Shown: positions 40,951 through 58,639 of the stretch, piece by piece
Layout: each line of letters begins with the position of its first letter
Numbering within the stretch: position 1 is the stretch's first letter
From: the human T2T-CHM13v2.0 reference genome, Homo sapiens
NCBI RefSeq assembly: GCF_009914755.1
Contig: NC_060928.1
Direction: 5' to 3' (one strand)
DNA length: 64,000 nucleotides
The notes under the pieces: generated by a model
The model's input: only the letters and a program-made list of their open reading frames with translations
Databases searched by the model: none
What the model was told of the DNA's origin: nothing
Program-made: the position numbers and the translations under genes

Positions 40951-42423
40951 AATGTATTCCATAACCAAAAATTTTAAAGACTACTCTGTGTTGCTTATAT
41001 GGTAGGAGTTAAAATCTTGTTCTCAACAATAAGAAAGAGTTGGGCTGAATTTTATTTATATTATATCACATGTTAGCATAGATAATGCTGCTACTTTTGT
41101 TAAATTGGGTAATTATAAAACCACAAAAAATAAACTGAGGAAGTTTATTCAGTGGTATAGAGTAAACCAGCCATAAATTGAACTTGAGTAGGCATTTTAT
41201 AGTAAGTTAATATCTCTTTATTAATAGCACATTTATATTTTAATTTTATAGGTTATTTTAAAATACTCAACACTAGAGTTTTCTATAAGGATACTTCATT
41301 TTACCAAGTCCTGCAGTTTATGTCTACACCATTTTCATAATATGTGTCACTAAAAGTAATAACAGAAAAAATATTATACTTGGAAGTTCTAATAATGGCA
41401 ACAGCTTTCCAACACATATCACAAAAGAGTAAAATTTGTCACAAATATTCATAGTACATATGATCCCTCCAGCTAATTTTTTAAAATATTTTGGAATACT
41501 TCCTTTATTAAAATTCAAAATGATAAAATTACTTTAAAAGTTATTAAAATGACAAAAATATTATTTTTAAATTGAATGGCTTTATTATTTTCAGGAGATA
41601 GAATATTTTCAAATAAAGTTGTGAGCATATTAACAGCACATTAATCACAGTTATTTGAAAACCCTGGCTAAGGTATATATGATTACCAGATGATATTATA
41701 TGTATTTTATATATACATAATATATATACACAAATATACACACATATATAGTATATATGTACTATATATATAATCACACTCATTCACATATGTACATACC
41801 TGTATATTTGCAAGGATATTTTTTCTTCTGTATTAATTACCTACTGTTTATGCACTAATTAAAAATATTTTTATCATCAACATTTTATTCCTTATAATAG
41901 TAAGTTAGACACAAAAAGTTAGAAAACAATCTTTATTCTTAGGCCTCATTTATGTGTAAGTCTTAAGAGAACATAGGAGAGATTTAAGGTAACTTTAAAA
42001 GCAATTAACACTTCTTTTCTGAAGTCGAATATGGACGTTAATCATGAGAGAAAGGGTAAGGAGAGAGGAGGAAGGGGAGGGTTAGGAAGCAATATTAATT
42101 TGTTTTAAATATTTAGATGATACTTCTAGTAATGCCAATCTATTTTTAATACTAATTTTGGAAACTATGTGAACTTTTTTCTATATATGTCTAAAACTAA
42201 TTTGTACTTTTATCTGTTAATACAGGATACTAGATAAAACACAAATTAAAAATTAATATATTTTGTTCCAAAGAAATTTATCTAATAAATTATAAAAACA
42301 ATGCAGTTTTATATAGGGCAAATAAATTCAAGAGATAACATTTAATATATATTCTGCTACCGGTGAAATGACTTCTTTAAAGCTTTGATTTCTGGTTATT
42401 GAACCTCTTTCTGTTTTAACATG

Positions 42424-42864
42424 TTGTGACTATGGTTGTCTATCAGTTGCCTCCTAGTATCTGTTTACCTGATCTTATATAGTAAAAGAAACCTTAAATG
42501 TATCCACTGGGCTCCAGTCTAGCCAGAAGAATCATTTCCCAACTTCTGCATCAGTGTGTGGCTGTATCACTAACAACTGGTCAAGGGATATAAAAGAAAG
42601 CACTATGGGCAACTTCTGGAAAGAGTCCCTAAAGAACAGGGTATGACCTTTCCCTGCTCCTTCTTCCTTTTTAGGTGGGTAATATTAAGCAAATATTGGC
42701 AAATGCAGCATGACAGAAACTTGTGTAATGGATGATCTCATGTCTCAACACCAAGGATTGCTCTAAATTAATGTGTGTGAGAGAGAAATAAACTTCTCTT
42801 TTGATTGAACAACTGTTATTTTGGGCTTTATGTTACAAGCAGCTGCACAAAAGTATAACTAACA
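42424..42864 (+). mobile_element. Old ERVL LTR (LTR16-like)
   Basis: CATTTCCCAACTTC...GCAACTTCTGG...GTGAGAGAGAAATAAACTTCT...TGTTACAAGCAGC. Confidence 0.65.
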
Positions 42865-43259
42865 AAGTTATATTTTCATCACCATTTAATTCTAATTGTG
42901 TGTATGTGTATGAACACATATATTTCCATTAGTCTTTATTATTTTACTCTTTTATATATATATATATATATACATGTTTTCAGTTTTCATATATGAGTAA
43001 TTTGGTAGGGAGTAATAATATTTCTGATATACTATAACAACAACGTAGTTAGGAAATGTTTTCTATATTATATTAATTATTTGATATTTGTTAAAAAATT
43101 TTATGGCCTAATTGTTCAATGTTTGTAATTACTCCATGTGTGTTTGAAAATATATATTACATGATTATTTTAGATAGGCATTATATATATATCAATTTGA
43201 TGAATAGTCATGTTATTTGCATGTTCTGTATTCTAGTTAAAAATGAAAAATATCTCTTT

Positions 43260-43587
<328 letters not shown>

Positions 43588-44395
43588 TAATGTGGAAATA
43601 TCTCTAAAAACTGTGTTTAAAACTTCCTGCTGCTTGGGGATTTTTAAATTTTTTCTTATTGTTTCTTTTTTCTTTTTTTGCATGTTACAAAGGTAGTTTA
43701 TGTTATTAGGCACATATAATTTTGTAATTTTATAGTTTACTAGTGAATTATTTACTCTGTTATCTCAAAACACTTTTTATATGAAGTAATTTACTTTGTA
43801 CTTGCTTTTTATTCTTGTTGACAGTGTAGCTAAATCATGTTTCTTTGGTTATTTGTCTCATATGGTTTTATCAGTTCTTTTACTTTTATTCTTGTTGCAT
43901 CATTATGCTTTACTCTGCCTTTTGTAAACTGTGAGTTGTTCATGTCTTTTAATCCAGATTGTTTTTGCTGGCATTTTAATTCATTTATCTTTATTGTGAT
44001 TATTTTACATTGAGTCCTGTGACGTTATTTTGTACTTATTAAGCATTTTTCTTTGCTTTTGACACACTTTTTCCCTTTTGTTTTTTCTTTGTCTTTGTCT
44101 TTTTTTTTAATTTATAGCGTTCTCTTTCTGTTAATTTCTTATACTTGTTAGAAAGTTATGCATTATACGTCTTTTGTTTTTCATAGTAGCCCAACTATTT
44201 TAACCTGTATGAAATACTCCTAATATTGCCCATTAGTTAAATAAATCAAGGCTATGCCTGTTAGTTAAATAATTCAAGGTTTTATATGCTTTAAATTTGA
44301 TTATATCTGTTTTTCTTACAGTTTTGTATGCCTCCCAAATTATCATAATTAATACTTATTTACATTTATGTATATGTTTATCAATATTTATGTGA

Positions 44396-44747
<352 letters not shown>

Positions 44748-44795
44748 TATGTGATCTTTTCAACCCACTCCTGTGTTCAATTTTCTACTAACCGC

Positions 44796-44796
<1 letters not shown>

Positions 44797-44837
<41 letters not shown>

Positions 44838-44846
44838 CACACACAC
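44797..44846. repeat. (CA)n microsatellite, interrupted
   Basis: Direct CA run. Confidence 0.92.
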
Positions 44847-45264
44847 TTAATATTAATTTTTCAGTGAAGGTCAGTGGCTTTATAAAGTTGGTCCCAGACT
44901 TTTACTCTCTGCCTATATATCAAACACAAGGTAGGTTTCATTGCCTGTCCCAAAATTGTTTTATAAACCTAACTCCTTATATATAACAATATATGCTCAC
45001 ATCTGGTACTAACACCCTCTTCTTCAGAGCTCGCATAATATCAGTTTGCAATTTTAAAAAATTTGGTTTACAGACCCTCTTGGTTGAGCCTTCCTTATAG
45101 ATTTTGAATTATTTCATTTTAACCAGGATTTCTTGTTCTATTTAGTAGAAAGGACCAAGTGTCACCTTATACTACTGTTTTCTCCAAACTACAAGATCTC
45201 TTCTATTTTTTTCTTTTGTAAAATAATTCAATATTTGTCCTAACATTTTTCTAATGATATAATG

Positions 45265-45496
45265 CAAAAGCTGGAAAATTTTTCTGTAAAGATCCAGACA
45301 TCAAGTATTATAGGCTGTACAGGCTATGTGGTCCCTGTTGCACTGTTGCACCACTCAACTCTGCAACTGTGGTACAAAAGCAGCCATAGACAATATACAA
45401 ATAAATAGATGTGGATGTTTTTCAATATAATTGATTTATAAAAATAAGCGATATAGTTAATTTGGCCTGGAATCTGTAATAGTTTTCTGACCTCTG
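45265..45496. mobile_element. MER58A-type MITE
   Basis: TTTTTCTGTAAAG...ACTCAACTCTGC...AAAAGCAGCCATAGACAATA...TGACCTCTG. Confidence 0.8.
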
Positions 45497-45553
45497 ATAT
45501 AATACATTTACAGATTCTAAGATGCATTATAAAAATGACTAATTATTCTTATC

Positions 45554-45622
45554 TTCCCCTTGAAATGTCCTCTAATTACCTTACCTATTTCCCCTTGAAA
45601 TGTCTTCTAATTACCTTACCTA
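45554..45622. repeat. 35-bp tandem duplication
   Basis: TTCCCCTTGAAATGTC(C/T)TCTAATTACCTTACCTA twice. Confidence 0.9.
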
Positions 45623-46297
45623 CTTTAATACTGAAGTCTATGTCACTCATATTGTGTTATATCGTGCTCTGAATTTACATATATTGTACTTCTGAATGAA
45701 AAATACCAAATGATTTTATTATTGTTTTAATGCTCATATGGTGTTTTGCATAGAATTGGGATTCATATTATTGATGAATAATAATTGAAGTAGACTATAT
45801 TAGCTACATACATATATTATGCTAATTATGCTCTAATCATACAGCTCTACAGCAATTTTACTAAAAGTTCCACACTCATTTATAGAATGCCCAGGACTGA
45901 CTTGCGTATCTGTACATATTTTCAATTTAAAAAGAAGGCTCATGTCAATAAGCATGAATTTAGGAAACAGACTAAGTTGTGTGTGGACCTAATTTGGGTA
46001 CACAAGGAAACAACTAAATTTAATCCTTGAAATCTTAAGACCCAAGAACAACGTCTAAAGCATCCACCTCACTGTTTTAGTATTAGTTGTTTTATTATTA
46101 GTATTGACATGAAAGCAGTATAGCACCTAACATATATGTTAAGACAGAACACTTTACTTTCAATTTAATATGTGGTGTTTATGAGATTGAATACTTCTGT
46201 GAAATACACATAAAGCCATTTATTTGCATCTATTCATTTTGGTGAGAGTAAGGTGGGGAGGCAGATGAAGTAGGGAGAATGGTGTCATCTTTTTCTT

Positions 46298-46602
<305 letters not shown>

Positions 46603-49600
46603 CATCTTTTTCTTAAGAATCAATCATATGAAGTGAGATGATTCATTTTCATCAATTTTTTTGGTCATTTATGATATATGATGATATTCTTAAATAAAAT
46701 CTTTAGGCCTCAAAGCATTTCACAGTATCTGCCTCTGAATGTTATCACATAGTGTATTTCTGAATTGTAAGGAGTGAACATCTCCAATTCAGTATGGTTT
46801 TATGCACTGTGTGGATAGTAATTGGTTCCCAAAGTAATCTCTGGAAATATTTCTAATTTTTCTTACTGAAATAGTAATGAATTAGCTAGATATTAAGTAT
46901 CTCTAAAGGGAGAATGGGGAATTCGCCTAGTAAATGTCCCTTATAATAAAGAAATAAGTGCTGAGTAAATAATTTAACATTTAACCTCATTGAAGACATC
47001 TTTCTCTTGATTACTGTGACTACTTGAGATAATTATATTTTCACATTGTGTTGTGTCTGTTTAACCTTTAGTGGTTTTCTTTAAAGGCCTTCTTTAAAGG
47101 CCTTCCAAAGCCTATGCATATAGTCCTGTTAATATTGATTCTAATTTAAAAAGCAATGGAAATGTCGAAATGTCTACATGCAAAAACAACAGCAACAACA
47201 ACTACTTATTTTATCCTATGAATTACACAGATTTAATAGCTACATAACATTGTCTAATAACCAATAGCTATATAATAACATTATCTAATAACCAATACTG
47301 CTTTTTTCTGTATTTTTGTGTTCACTCAAAATTATAAAACATATAGATAAAATGTTCACTCAATAATTATATCAAACATTCTTTGGGCACAAGATACTCT
47401 AGAAATGTGATAGTAGATGGCTATCTTTAGAAAAATAGCAAGAAAATAGAAAATAAGACAGAAGTAGATTTCGTTTTAGTTGTTTTTCTAATAACTTCTT
47501 AGAAATAAAAATATGTATAATTTGTTTAAAATTTACTATGTATATTTTATAACATAAGACTTATGGTTATCTGAATAAGTTATTATTGTTATGCTTCAAC
47601 AGATATGAATAGAACTAAAACATTAACAAAAAAGAAATATTTCTTCTCATTCTTTATATGTGTCCATCTTTATATAATGAAAATAATCAATGGAAATAAG
47701 TCTACTTAAGAGAGAATTTAAAACCTTCTTTACTAAAAAACTTCAATTGTCCATGTTTATTTTCCATTTATAAAATATATAGTGGGTTTGAGCAATAGTT
47801 TGTGCTAAAATGTGTAATCTACAAACCTGCAAATAATGTGTTTAATGGTTTATGTAAACATACTAACAGTGAGCTTACATATGAATAAATTATTTGTGCA
47901 TTTTATTTGATGTCAAACAAAAACATGGCAAAATAGAATCTCAAATATATTTGCAGGAGTCAAAAAATGTGGAGAAAAAAAGCAGTAAAGAAGACAACTA
48001 CTGAAAAGAAAAAATCATTTTCTGACATTTATAATGCTCAGTAGACTAAGTCAAGTTAATGTTATTAGCCTCAGAAAATTGACTAAGCCAGCTAAGTTAA
48101 ATAGTAGACATTAATGAAATAAATGCACAATAAAATAAAAATTTTATAGGAAAATGGTAGTTTTTAAATGAGGCAATTCTATTTAATGTATAACTATTGT
48201 ACAAACCAGCCAGTTTAATGAGTTCCTTCTAAGAGAAATAAAATATGAGAAAATATTTGGTTAGAAAAAGTTGGTTATTTTATATAAAAAACTCAGAGAG
48301 TAGTTTAGCATTTGATCTCCCAAGACATGAAAATGAAAGACTATTCATAGCAAAACATATATATAATTAGTAGGAAACTATAAATTATGAAATATAGGAA
48401 AAAGACGCCAAAGCATAAATGGTGATTCTATGTAATTCAAAGAGTGAGTAAAGTTTAATGAAGGGTCCCTTGTCCTGCCTCATTTCTGTGCCAGAATGTT
48501 TAAACTTCTATATATCATAAAAATATAACACAATATTATAAAATTGAATATATAAAATAAATATCAGAATATTATTAAATTTTTGCCATTAGACTAGACC
48601 CACACTCATTTTGAAGATACAAACAGCCACATTTTCATTTAGTGTAAATGAATGGTTTCAGTTCGAGCATAAATTCTCGCTGTGAGAATAACTAAGGTCT
48701 TATATCCTGCTATTTTATTAAAGCCAAGTTAAACTTGGAATCAGTTTTACAAAAAGAAATTTTTCTTATTATTCCATCAAGCCGAAATGCTGCATTCTTA
48801 TGTGATGATGTGGCTTAGCATGCACAAGTTCTTCAATGAGGCAAATGAGGCTAATCTCTACCTTTTGCAGAGAAAAAAAATAAACCAAGTTTTGTTGTGT
48901 TTAGTGCATCTGAAGTAACCAGACTTTTCATGATCTTTGTTAATATTATTTTGAATTGGTTTCTGACCACTTGTTTTTATATTTATATATATTTATATAA
49001 TTATATCTAAAACTAATATATATGTGTGTATTTTTATATATATATACATGTAGACATTTCTCAAGCTTGACACTCTATCCATTAAAAAATTTTTTTTTCT
49101 TTATAATTTTTAGGGCTTCAATTGCTTTGTAATTTTTAACCTATTAAAAGACAAGATAATACAAAACTTGATAAGTCTTTTTAAAATATTCTATTTTAAT
49201 ACAAGGGTATGTGCCAGCAAAGCAGCAATTAATGGCATGGGATGAGGCAAGGCGCTTTTGTAGATATCAAGAGGACAGAACATCTGGGCAGGCACAGGAC
49301 ATAATAAATAAGAGAGGATATAAAACTCATCCTCCTTAGTTGCACATAAAAATGTCCAATCCTTCATGGAATGCTCCACACAGTGGAAAAGTACACAGCC
49401 TAATTCAGTTGAATGAGGCTTACTCTCAGAGTAAAAAAAGAACAAACCCCAGAGTATGCCTAAATGCATCTCTTATCTGTATGTAATTATTTTTGGATAG
49501 TATAAACACATGAAATTTACATTATTCCAGTAAAACAATTAGAATTTATTTCTTAATCTACATTTTAAATCAGAAATTGATTCTTGCCAGTTCTTTCTTC

Positions 49601-50099
49601 ATAATAATTACCCTTTTATTTAATTTAACTAGCCACCAGCCTAATTCTGAATATTATTAACTTCTGATATTACTAAATGGCCTATAAATACTTTCTTATT
49701 CTAGCCCTTTCAATTTTTTAAAATATTATATATTCTGCCAAGAGATAAATCAGAATAAAATTAAGTATTGACTATGCCAACTTCTTTCTTTCAAAATTTT
49801 ACTGGCTTTCCACCAAACTACAAAACAATTATTTTGACATACATTTCAGACACTCTGCAGTCTAATTATATATTCAGCCTTATTACCCCTTTTTTATCTA
49901 GATGACTTATTGGTTCTAGCCATATTTAAAAGTAGTTGAGCTATTTGTTGGTTGATTAAGTTGTTGGTTGCATACCAATAGAATTAGAATAATTCCCTCA
50001 AAATGTCAATATTTTATCCTTTATTACAAAAGAGTTGGCTACATAATAAAATTCTTATTAATTAAAAGTCAATTCCAAAGGCATGTAAAACATAAGGAA

Positions 50100-50441
<342 letters not shown>

Positions 50442-53400
50442 CTATTCAGGTAAAGTATTTATTATAATTTTGACACAATTTAAGCAATATTGGAACTATC
50501 AGTTGTATACTTTGCAAATATCAAGTTAATTACATAGCATGCAATATAATGTAATATTAGATTTTCTGCTTATAATAATCCATATATAAAAAACATACAA
50601 AACAGCAATAAATCAAAGATAATTAATCCTCTAATACCTATCAAGTGGTTTAAGATATGTTCATTAAATTAATGTATTTTGGAAGAATGCATAAGAAAAA
50701 AAGTTATGAAAATCATAGCATATGCTAAAATTAACAAAAGTAAGTTGGGGGAAAAATCTCTAACAACAAAATGTAAACACTAGAATTGATAATCAGTTGC
50801 TTGAAATATTATTGAAATGCTAAGAAAATCTTTTGAGACTTAGAAATACAGAAAAATACATTTTTTCATAAAATTACAATGCAGTAGTAGGTCACTAAAA
50901 TATGAGCCATTTATTATACAATTATTAGCATCAATTAACTTTTCAGTTATAATTATAGCATTACCTAAAATGACAAGATATAATACCTTTAACAACAAAC
51001 TTCTTAAGAATCATTCACATGTCTTTAATTTGAGGAATTTCACATTGAATAAGAGGAACTCAGAGAATAACAGGGAAAACCTTATTATTTTCCCCTTTAC
51101 TTGTTCAGAAATGTTCTTCTATGAAGCTAGATGTCTAATTCTCCAGTACCTGGATGAGATTCAAGACAGGTCTCATGACTTAACTCTTCAGTAAGATAAT
51201 GACAACCCTCTAATGACTTAAAGTCATTAAATTGTCATTAAATAGCCAATTTAATTAAACAGTCAAAATTCTGTACTTCCTTTGAAAACAAAACATAATT
51301 CTGTAGGTCAGAATTAACCCTGAAAGCCTTTCATGGAAATGAGGAATGGGGCTGGCTTCCTCAAATTTGTGCTTTGTACTTCTATGCCTTTCCCATGCCA
51401 AATGTCTTTACTGACCCCTCAGATCAAAGCCAGAAAAGGAAGGAGGATTTATAAAACAATATATGCCTACGGTAGGGGTCCTGTAATTAATTTGAGCTTG
51501 ACAGGTGTTTAAAACTATTCTCTTCTGGGACACCTTTCAGAGGCCATTGAGGATCCCCAACATTTGACTTCTTCAGACAGCTGCTTTCTCTTTTGGGATG
51601 TGAATATATATGCCCAAATTATTTTTGCTGAATTCCCCTTACCTCTCCAGGCAAATGTCATCTGAATTAACACCAGGGTGATTCTGTTATGCTGTGTAGT
51701 GAAATTATAGGACTTTTATGTTGCTGTAAATGAGTTTGCAGCTACAACCCACAGGCCACTTTACTCAGTTTCTTGACTGAAGTTTCTTAAGCATAATTTT
51801 TATAGTAGTCCATTGTGCTTCTCAAACTCCAGAAAACTCATATTAAGTTTTCTAAGGAGTCTCCATGACTAAAAAAATCCATTCCAGGCTTCTTCTATGT
51901 ATCAGTGAAATTGACACTCATAACACATATTGGTAATTATTTCCAGTTCAATTTTCTTCTTAATTCCTTGCTTCTCTCTCAGGTATTTTAACTTATTTTT
52001 AAAAAGTCTCGAACTGTTGGTGGTTTTATTTGTCTCTGATTTGACTCTTGGTTACTTCCTTTTCTTATCATGAGGAAGTGATCTAGAACCTTATTATCAA
52101 AAGTGAGAGTAGTTGTCACCTCACATTTTTGGACCTTAGCAAAAACTGACATAGGCCCAATTTAACAACTGTACATATATTTACTCATTCCCTTAGTTAT
52201 AAATTGGTTTTGTTTTTATTCTTTTGCATTCGGTTGGATTACAAAAACTGGTCACATAATATGACCTTCATTTAAAGCCTCTCAAATTGGAGGTTTTTGT
52301 ACATCTTAAAAAAAAAAAAACTAGTGAAAATTGGAAAGTATAAGAGCTTGTAAAAACTGCTGTGAAACAATTGATTTCCATTAAATAATTTTGATCCCTA
52401 AAAGGATATATATTGAACCTGTAATATTGTGTGGTATGCCAAAATTGTATAAACTCTAAAATGAGTAATGACTAGACACATATTCAATTATAATATAAAA
52501 GTTTACATAATTGGATGACCTTATATGAAAAAGATATAGATCACCGGACCAAGTACTTGACTTTGATGTCTAAACCAATAAAATGTTTTAACAGATTGAT
52601 ATACACACAAAGAAGGGAATCTGATACTGCTGCTTTATAAAATATCAGCTTATTTTACTCTTACCTATAAATAAAATTATTTTTCCTATGAATAACTGCC
52701 AAATTCATGAAGCATTTTTGATAATTCATTATCTTTTTCCCCATTTGATCTCTGAAGACCACTCATTAGCCTTAGAATATTTTGACACTGTCAGATATGT
52801 CATATTACCTTTGTTATTCTAATCACCAAATCATAGCAAATGCTTTTAATAATAAAAATTTATTCATTTTGCTCAAAGTATTTATAATTTTAAACCTAAT
52901 TTTAAAAATAATAAATTTTAGTCAAGATTTATATATATTATATATATAGTATAGGTATAAATACAGATAATTGATGAAGTATTAATAATATGACAGTAGA
53001 AACAAGGAGTCTGTATTTTCTATGATTACTTGGCTATAATGTCAATATTTAGTAGAATTGAACAGGAGAATTCAGTATGAACGTCAAGAACAGAAGGTAC
53101 AAGAAAAATGATAACACAGTACTTAATGGTATTTAAGGTAATGGTTTACATTATGAAAGAAATAGAATACCACTTCTATGATAGAAAAGCAAATATTTTT
53201 ATGGTTCATAGAAATTTAAAAGCATCCTTTTTACAAAAATGCCATATTTGGGCATAGCTGTAAAGAACTGCTTTTACAGTTCAGAAAAAAAGTGACACAG
53301 ATTACACAAGCATTGTACTTTTATCATACTATCCTTTCAGGTTGCAATTAATACCTTTTGTAATCACTTCATCAATGTTTTGTTTTCTGGTGTTAAGCAT

Positions 53401-54040
53401 GTGTTTTCATCAAGTAAAAATAGCATATACACTAGACTTTACTTGTTTAAAAATAAACTCTTAAAAATCACTCCTTCCATTATGTTGTGCCTTGAATTTG
53501 GCAGAACATGTACTGCTTCATTTATATTTAGAAGTAAATATATCAAATGCAATTTTTCTCTTATCCCTTTTACATTTCCTTTAGAGGATAATATTTGGTG
53601 CAGGAATAGTTTTAAAATTTGAAAATGACTGCCCTGCCCACAAAACTAAGAGAAATTTGACTCCACTGAGTCACTGCCATATTGGATAGAAATGATAGCT
53701 AATTATTAAGAATAATTTTAATTAGAATTTTGGTCAAATTAGCTACTTTTATTGTATTATAGGTGCTGCTTCTGTCTTATAGAGTGAAAGAAAGCAGATG
53801 GTTTATTCATTATGCTAAGGGTGTAGAGCACTGAAGAGCTTGGGAGATAAGGGGAAATAACCATTAGTTTGACGCATGCACTGTATATTGTATATGATAG
53901 CTATACTGTCTAAAGAAGACTGCAGGTCCCATTGAACCACATCCACTACCACTGTATGAAACACGTTAGAGCAAAAGGAAAGCATCTTCCCTAAAATAAT
54001 TCAAAACACAGATAATCTAGGATAGAAATAAAGGCTGCTA

Positions 54041-54394
<354 letters not shown>

Positions 54395-57300
54395 TTACAT
54401 TTTGAGCAAATAGGTGTTCATGAGATTAAATGACTGAAAAAATTCTCTTACATTAAAACTAATGTAAGAAAAAAGGAAATAGAGATAAGTATCAACTTCG
54501 TACAAGGGACGCCCACCTCAACACAAAGGACCTATTGTAATTACGGATGGACACAGAGAAATTATTGAATAAATTTTTAAATTAAATCTCTAACATTTTA
54601 GCACATGCTTACGTGGCAATAGTTTGATAAAACACAGAAGATTCTTCAACAGTAATATAGTATGGGGGAGAAAGTGGAGGGTGAATGATCTACATGATCT
54701 TTTTCCATTCCAAGCTAGAATGACCCAAGCAACATATTAGTAAATGTATTATGTATACATATTTGTGCAAAAACTTCTTCAATGTCTATGTTATAGAAAA
54801 GCAAAATATTAAACTATCTTTTAGAATTTTTGTAATGTTAGTTGGTTATAATGCATTATGATCACCACTCAAAGTGAAAAATCTATTTGATCAGAAAAAA
54901 AGAAGTGCAAATGAGATAGGGTTCAGAATGTGAACTCAGATTCTTTTCATGTGAGAAAGTCTAAAGATTTTATTGACCGTTTTCCTGAAAGTGTGTTATC
55001 TCAACCATATCTGTAATAAAAATCTCTCCAAACAGCAATTCAACATGTCTTAGATATGAACACTCAGAAACTTTAAAAGTAAACTATGATTTAGGTTTCC
55101 AGCATATGATCAGTCTGAATATATAATCCTGACTATATTTTGATGCAATACTGTTTTAAACTTAAAAATAAAAAATACTGATACTATATAATTAATGCAC
55201 ATGTCAGACTTCATCTGATGTCTGTAATATGGGAATTTATGGCTCAATAGAACCTTTCCATGTTTAATTATGAGATTTAAAAATTTTTTTTTTGCAGGCA
55301 ATTTTTAGTATAATCTATCCTCTAAAATCAAGTAAATCAAATTTAGAATGTAGTAATCTGTACTTTTATTGAATATATTATGTCACATACATTTTAGAAA
55401 AAGGCAATATGTCTATACATGCCCACATTCTTACATATGTATGATTATCTATAGCTAATCACATATATTTACATAAATGTACCTGTGTGTATCTACATAT
55501 GTTGATATGTAAGCAGACATAGATATAGATATGTAATTCTTTGTACATTTATTCTAAAAATTTAAAAGATTACTCAATAAGTGTATTATATTTCAAAACT
55601 CCAGCTCTCCAAAATCCCATAATATATTTTTTAACATTATAAAAACAAAATATTTTAACTTGACAATATAGCAACTGTTTCTTAATACATACAATAATTA
55701 TTAAGATAGGTAAGAGAAAAGCTTCAGAAGATGAATAGAAATTGGGAAATGGAAGTTAATAATTGAAAAATAAATATTTTTAAAACACCAAAAATGTTGT
55801 ATCTTGGAAATAAAAATATACAAGAATAAGAACATGTCATATTAGTAATAGCCCTGGCTATAGTTTACTATGAACAGTATAGAAGATGAAAATTTCACAG
55901 GGCATATTTATATGGCAGGATATGTACAAAGATATATAAGACCCAGCTGTTTTTAAAAGAAGGAAAAAAAAACAGTACAGAAGGCGTCAGTTTATGTACT
56001 GTATGTCTTGTAAGTCTTAAAATTTTTTTTTGCTGTGGATATGTTTTTGACTGTTGAGAAAGATCCATAGAGAAATGAAAACACAGAAAGAAAAAAGCTA
56101 TTCCCTGGTATCAAAAAACTACACATTTCTCCCAATAAACTGTTACCAGAATAATTCAAGATAAAGGTTAGTCTAACACATAGGTTCCCGGAAGATTGGA
56201 TTTGATCGTTTTTCTTGATTGTCACTTGGGATAATTTTGAAGGTATATAAAATCTGAAATAGGGAATCATATATGTCATTTCCCATTCATAAGGTAAAGT
56301 TCAAGATTAAATTTAAATGCTTCAAGTAAAATATAGAGAAGCTTAGTTTCAAATCTAACAAATAAACCATATCCAAGTTATAAAAGTATAATAGGTAAGG
56401 AAGAATTCAAAGACAGAGAATACAGGACTTCACTGGGGAGCAAAATCATAAAGAGGTATGAGATTTTAGAGAGCTCTATCTTATATCAAAAAGGCAGTCT
56501 CCAAGAGAAAGACCATTAGTAATTAAAGCATGTTGGAGTAGCAGCTTTAAAATATCCATTGCTGCTTAAATTGTGTCAGTCGAGCTCACGTGATTAAATC
56601 TGTGTATCATAGTTATATTTATAGTAATCCAGTCTATAGGTAAAAGGGACCAAAAATACTTTTATTAGAAGTGAAGAAAAATGCATAATTTATAGAAATA
56701 AGTCCTCAAATATTTTATAGTAGTAGACAGCAATTATTTCTTGATCTATGAGGTCCTGAAAAGTTAAAAAAGAAATAGGAAACTGTTTGCTGACAAAGGG
56801 AATTGAGATTAGCAAAGACCACTGGAATACTGAGCAGTTGGGTCAGGAGAATAGAAGCTCAGTGAATCCTATGGGAAAAGCTCTCTGGAGAACTAATGAG
56901 TTGCAAATTCACTTAAGGAAAACCTAAATGTGCACGTTAGATTTAAAAAAATTCCCTGAAATGTACATCCTTAAGAGTGGTAGTCAATGTGACTTGAATG
57001 GAAAGAGAAAAATAAAAAAGACAAGTCCCCGAATTCGAGTGCTCAATATGCAAAGCAAAAATTTTCAAAGCAGGAGTTAAGTGGGCTGCTAAAAGTGAGG
57101 TTTCTCGGTATTTTTTATTTCTTTTTTGGTTAGGTTTCTCCAAGTACTGATTACTTCATGCCGCATTTGTTTTCATTCTTCTCTACCCCTATCATTTTAA
57201 TTTATCCTTTAACAATATAGGAAAAATCACTCCAGTGCAAAAGGAAAAAAATTTAGGAACCCGTTTTCTTCTCCCAAAGACTTAATAAGAGCAGAAAAAG

Positions 57301-58639
57301 GTAAAGGGAGCAACGGTGATGACTGAAACTTTAGAGAAAAAAGAAACGTAATGCACAAAATTCTTCATGTGGAAAAAGCAGGAGTCTTCTGTCCCAAAGA
57401 TGAGGAAGTACTGGTTTTAGGAATCATCAGAAAGCCATTGAAAACACTGTATTATAGAAGTTTTAAATTAAAAGGGTCTGTCTCTTTGGGACACCTGCAA
57501 GCCTTCTGAAAAACAACTGGGGTAATTGGCTCCCTAGTGTGTGGTTCACATAAGCAGGGAAACAGTTACTGGCGATCAGGGTAGAACTGAATGAGGATGG
57601 ATGTCCTAGAAACCTAGAAAACCTACACTTCTCCACATCTATAATAAGTCTAAGTGGCCTATGTGTTTTTATACAGGTCTTTTTTTTTTTTTTTTTTTTT
57701 TGTTAAGCAAGCCTCTTAATATGTTAACATTTTCTCACTTTAGGGGGAGAGAAATTTCTTCTATTAGGTTAGGCAAACCAGGAGTGCTAGAAAGGGGAAA
57801 AATGCCATATAAAATTGATGATGACCAGTAATATCTTTAAAATATATTTATTCAAGCTTCAAATTTTAAATAAAGGACACAAACTCAATCTGCAAAAGGT
57901 TTTGACTATGAGAAATTTCAGATGGAAACTTAGTAAATCAACAGAAAGTAAATAATTAGTATGAAATCTTAATTATGATATGAAGAATAGTTTAAGGCAT
58001 GGGATTAATTGGGTAGCAGAGGAATGTGTTATAGGAATACAGGGGTATATTTTAATTATAAAGTATTAATATTTATAATCCAACCTAATGATACAAAGTC
58101 ACAAATTAGAATAAAAATGAATGCATAATTTTTGTGGAAAATTTTGCCTTTGAGTCATAAAATTCATATTTATATTATATGTTTTGATTCCAAATATGAA
58201 AAAGAGATAGAACATTTATTTTGTGTTAGTATTGCTCTTCCAGAAACCACCAGCAAGTACTAAAAAAAATCATATACTTCTGTGTTATTGCATCTCTCTA
58301 TGTTCTCATACCAGTAACTGAAAATCATGAGTTTTTTGAGCTAGGTCAATTGCAACAGAAAGAATAATAATTGGCTCTATCAGCTTGAGGCATCATCTGA
58401 TATGGTGTCTACTGAGAGGTACAGTTACCTAGATACTTACTAAAGACCACTGTTAAATATATTTTGACTAAGTAGAATGTTTATGTGGAAACTGGAATCT
58501 GATTAGTCTATAATCTGTGGAATAAAGTGGATAAAAGCTAAAATAGAGAATCTTTATTGTCAAAGCACCTAGCATTCAGGAAAGTTAGGTTTTTATTAAC
58601 AATCAAACCCTCTTAAAGGATCTTATGTCTGAGGACAAT

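Noticed and set aside
51211-51229. Short palindrome TAATGACTTAAAGTCATTA
   Set aside because: Arms too short to be significant at this AT content
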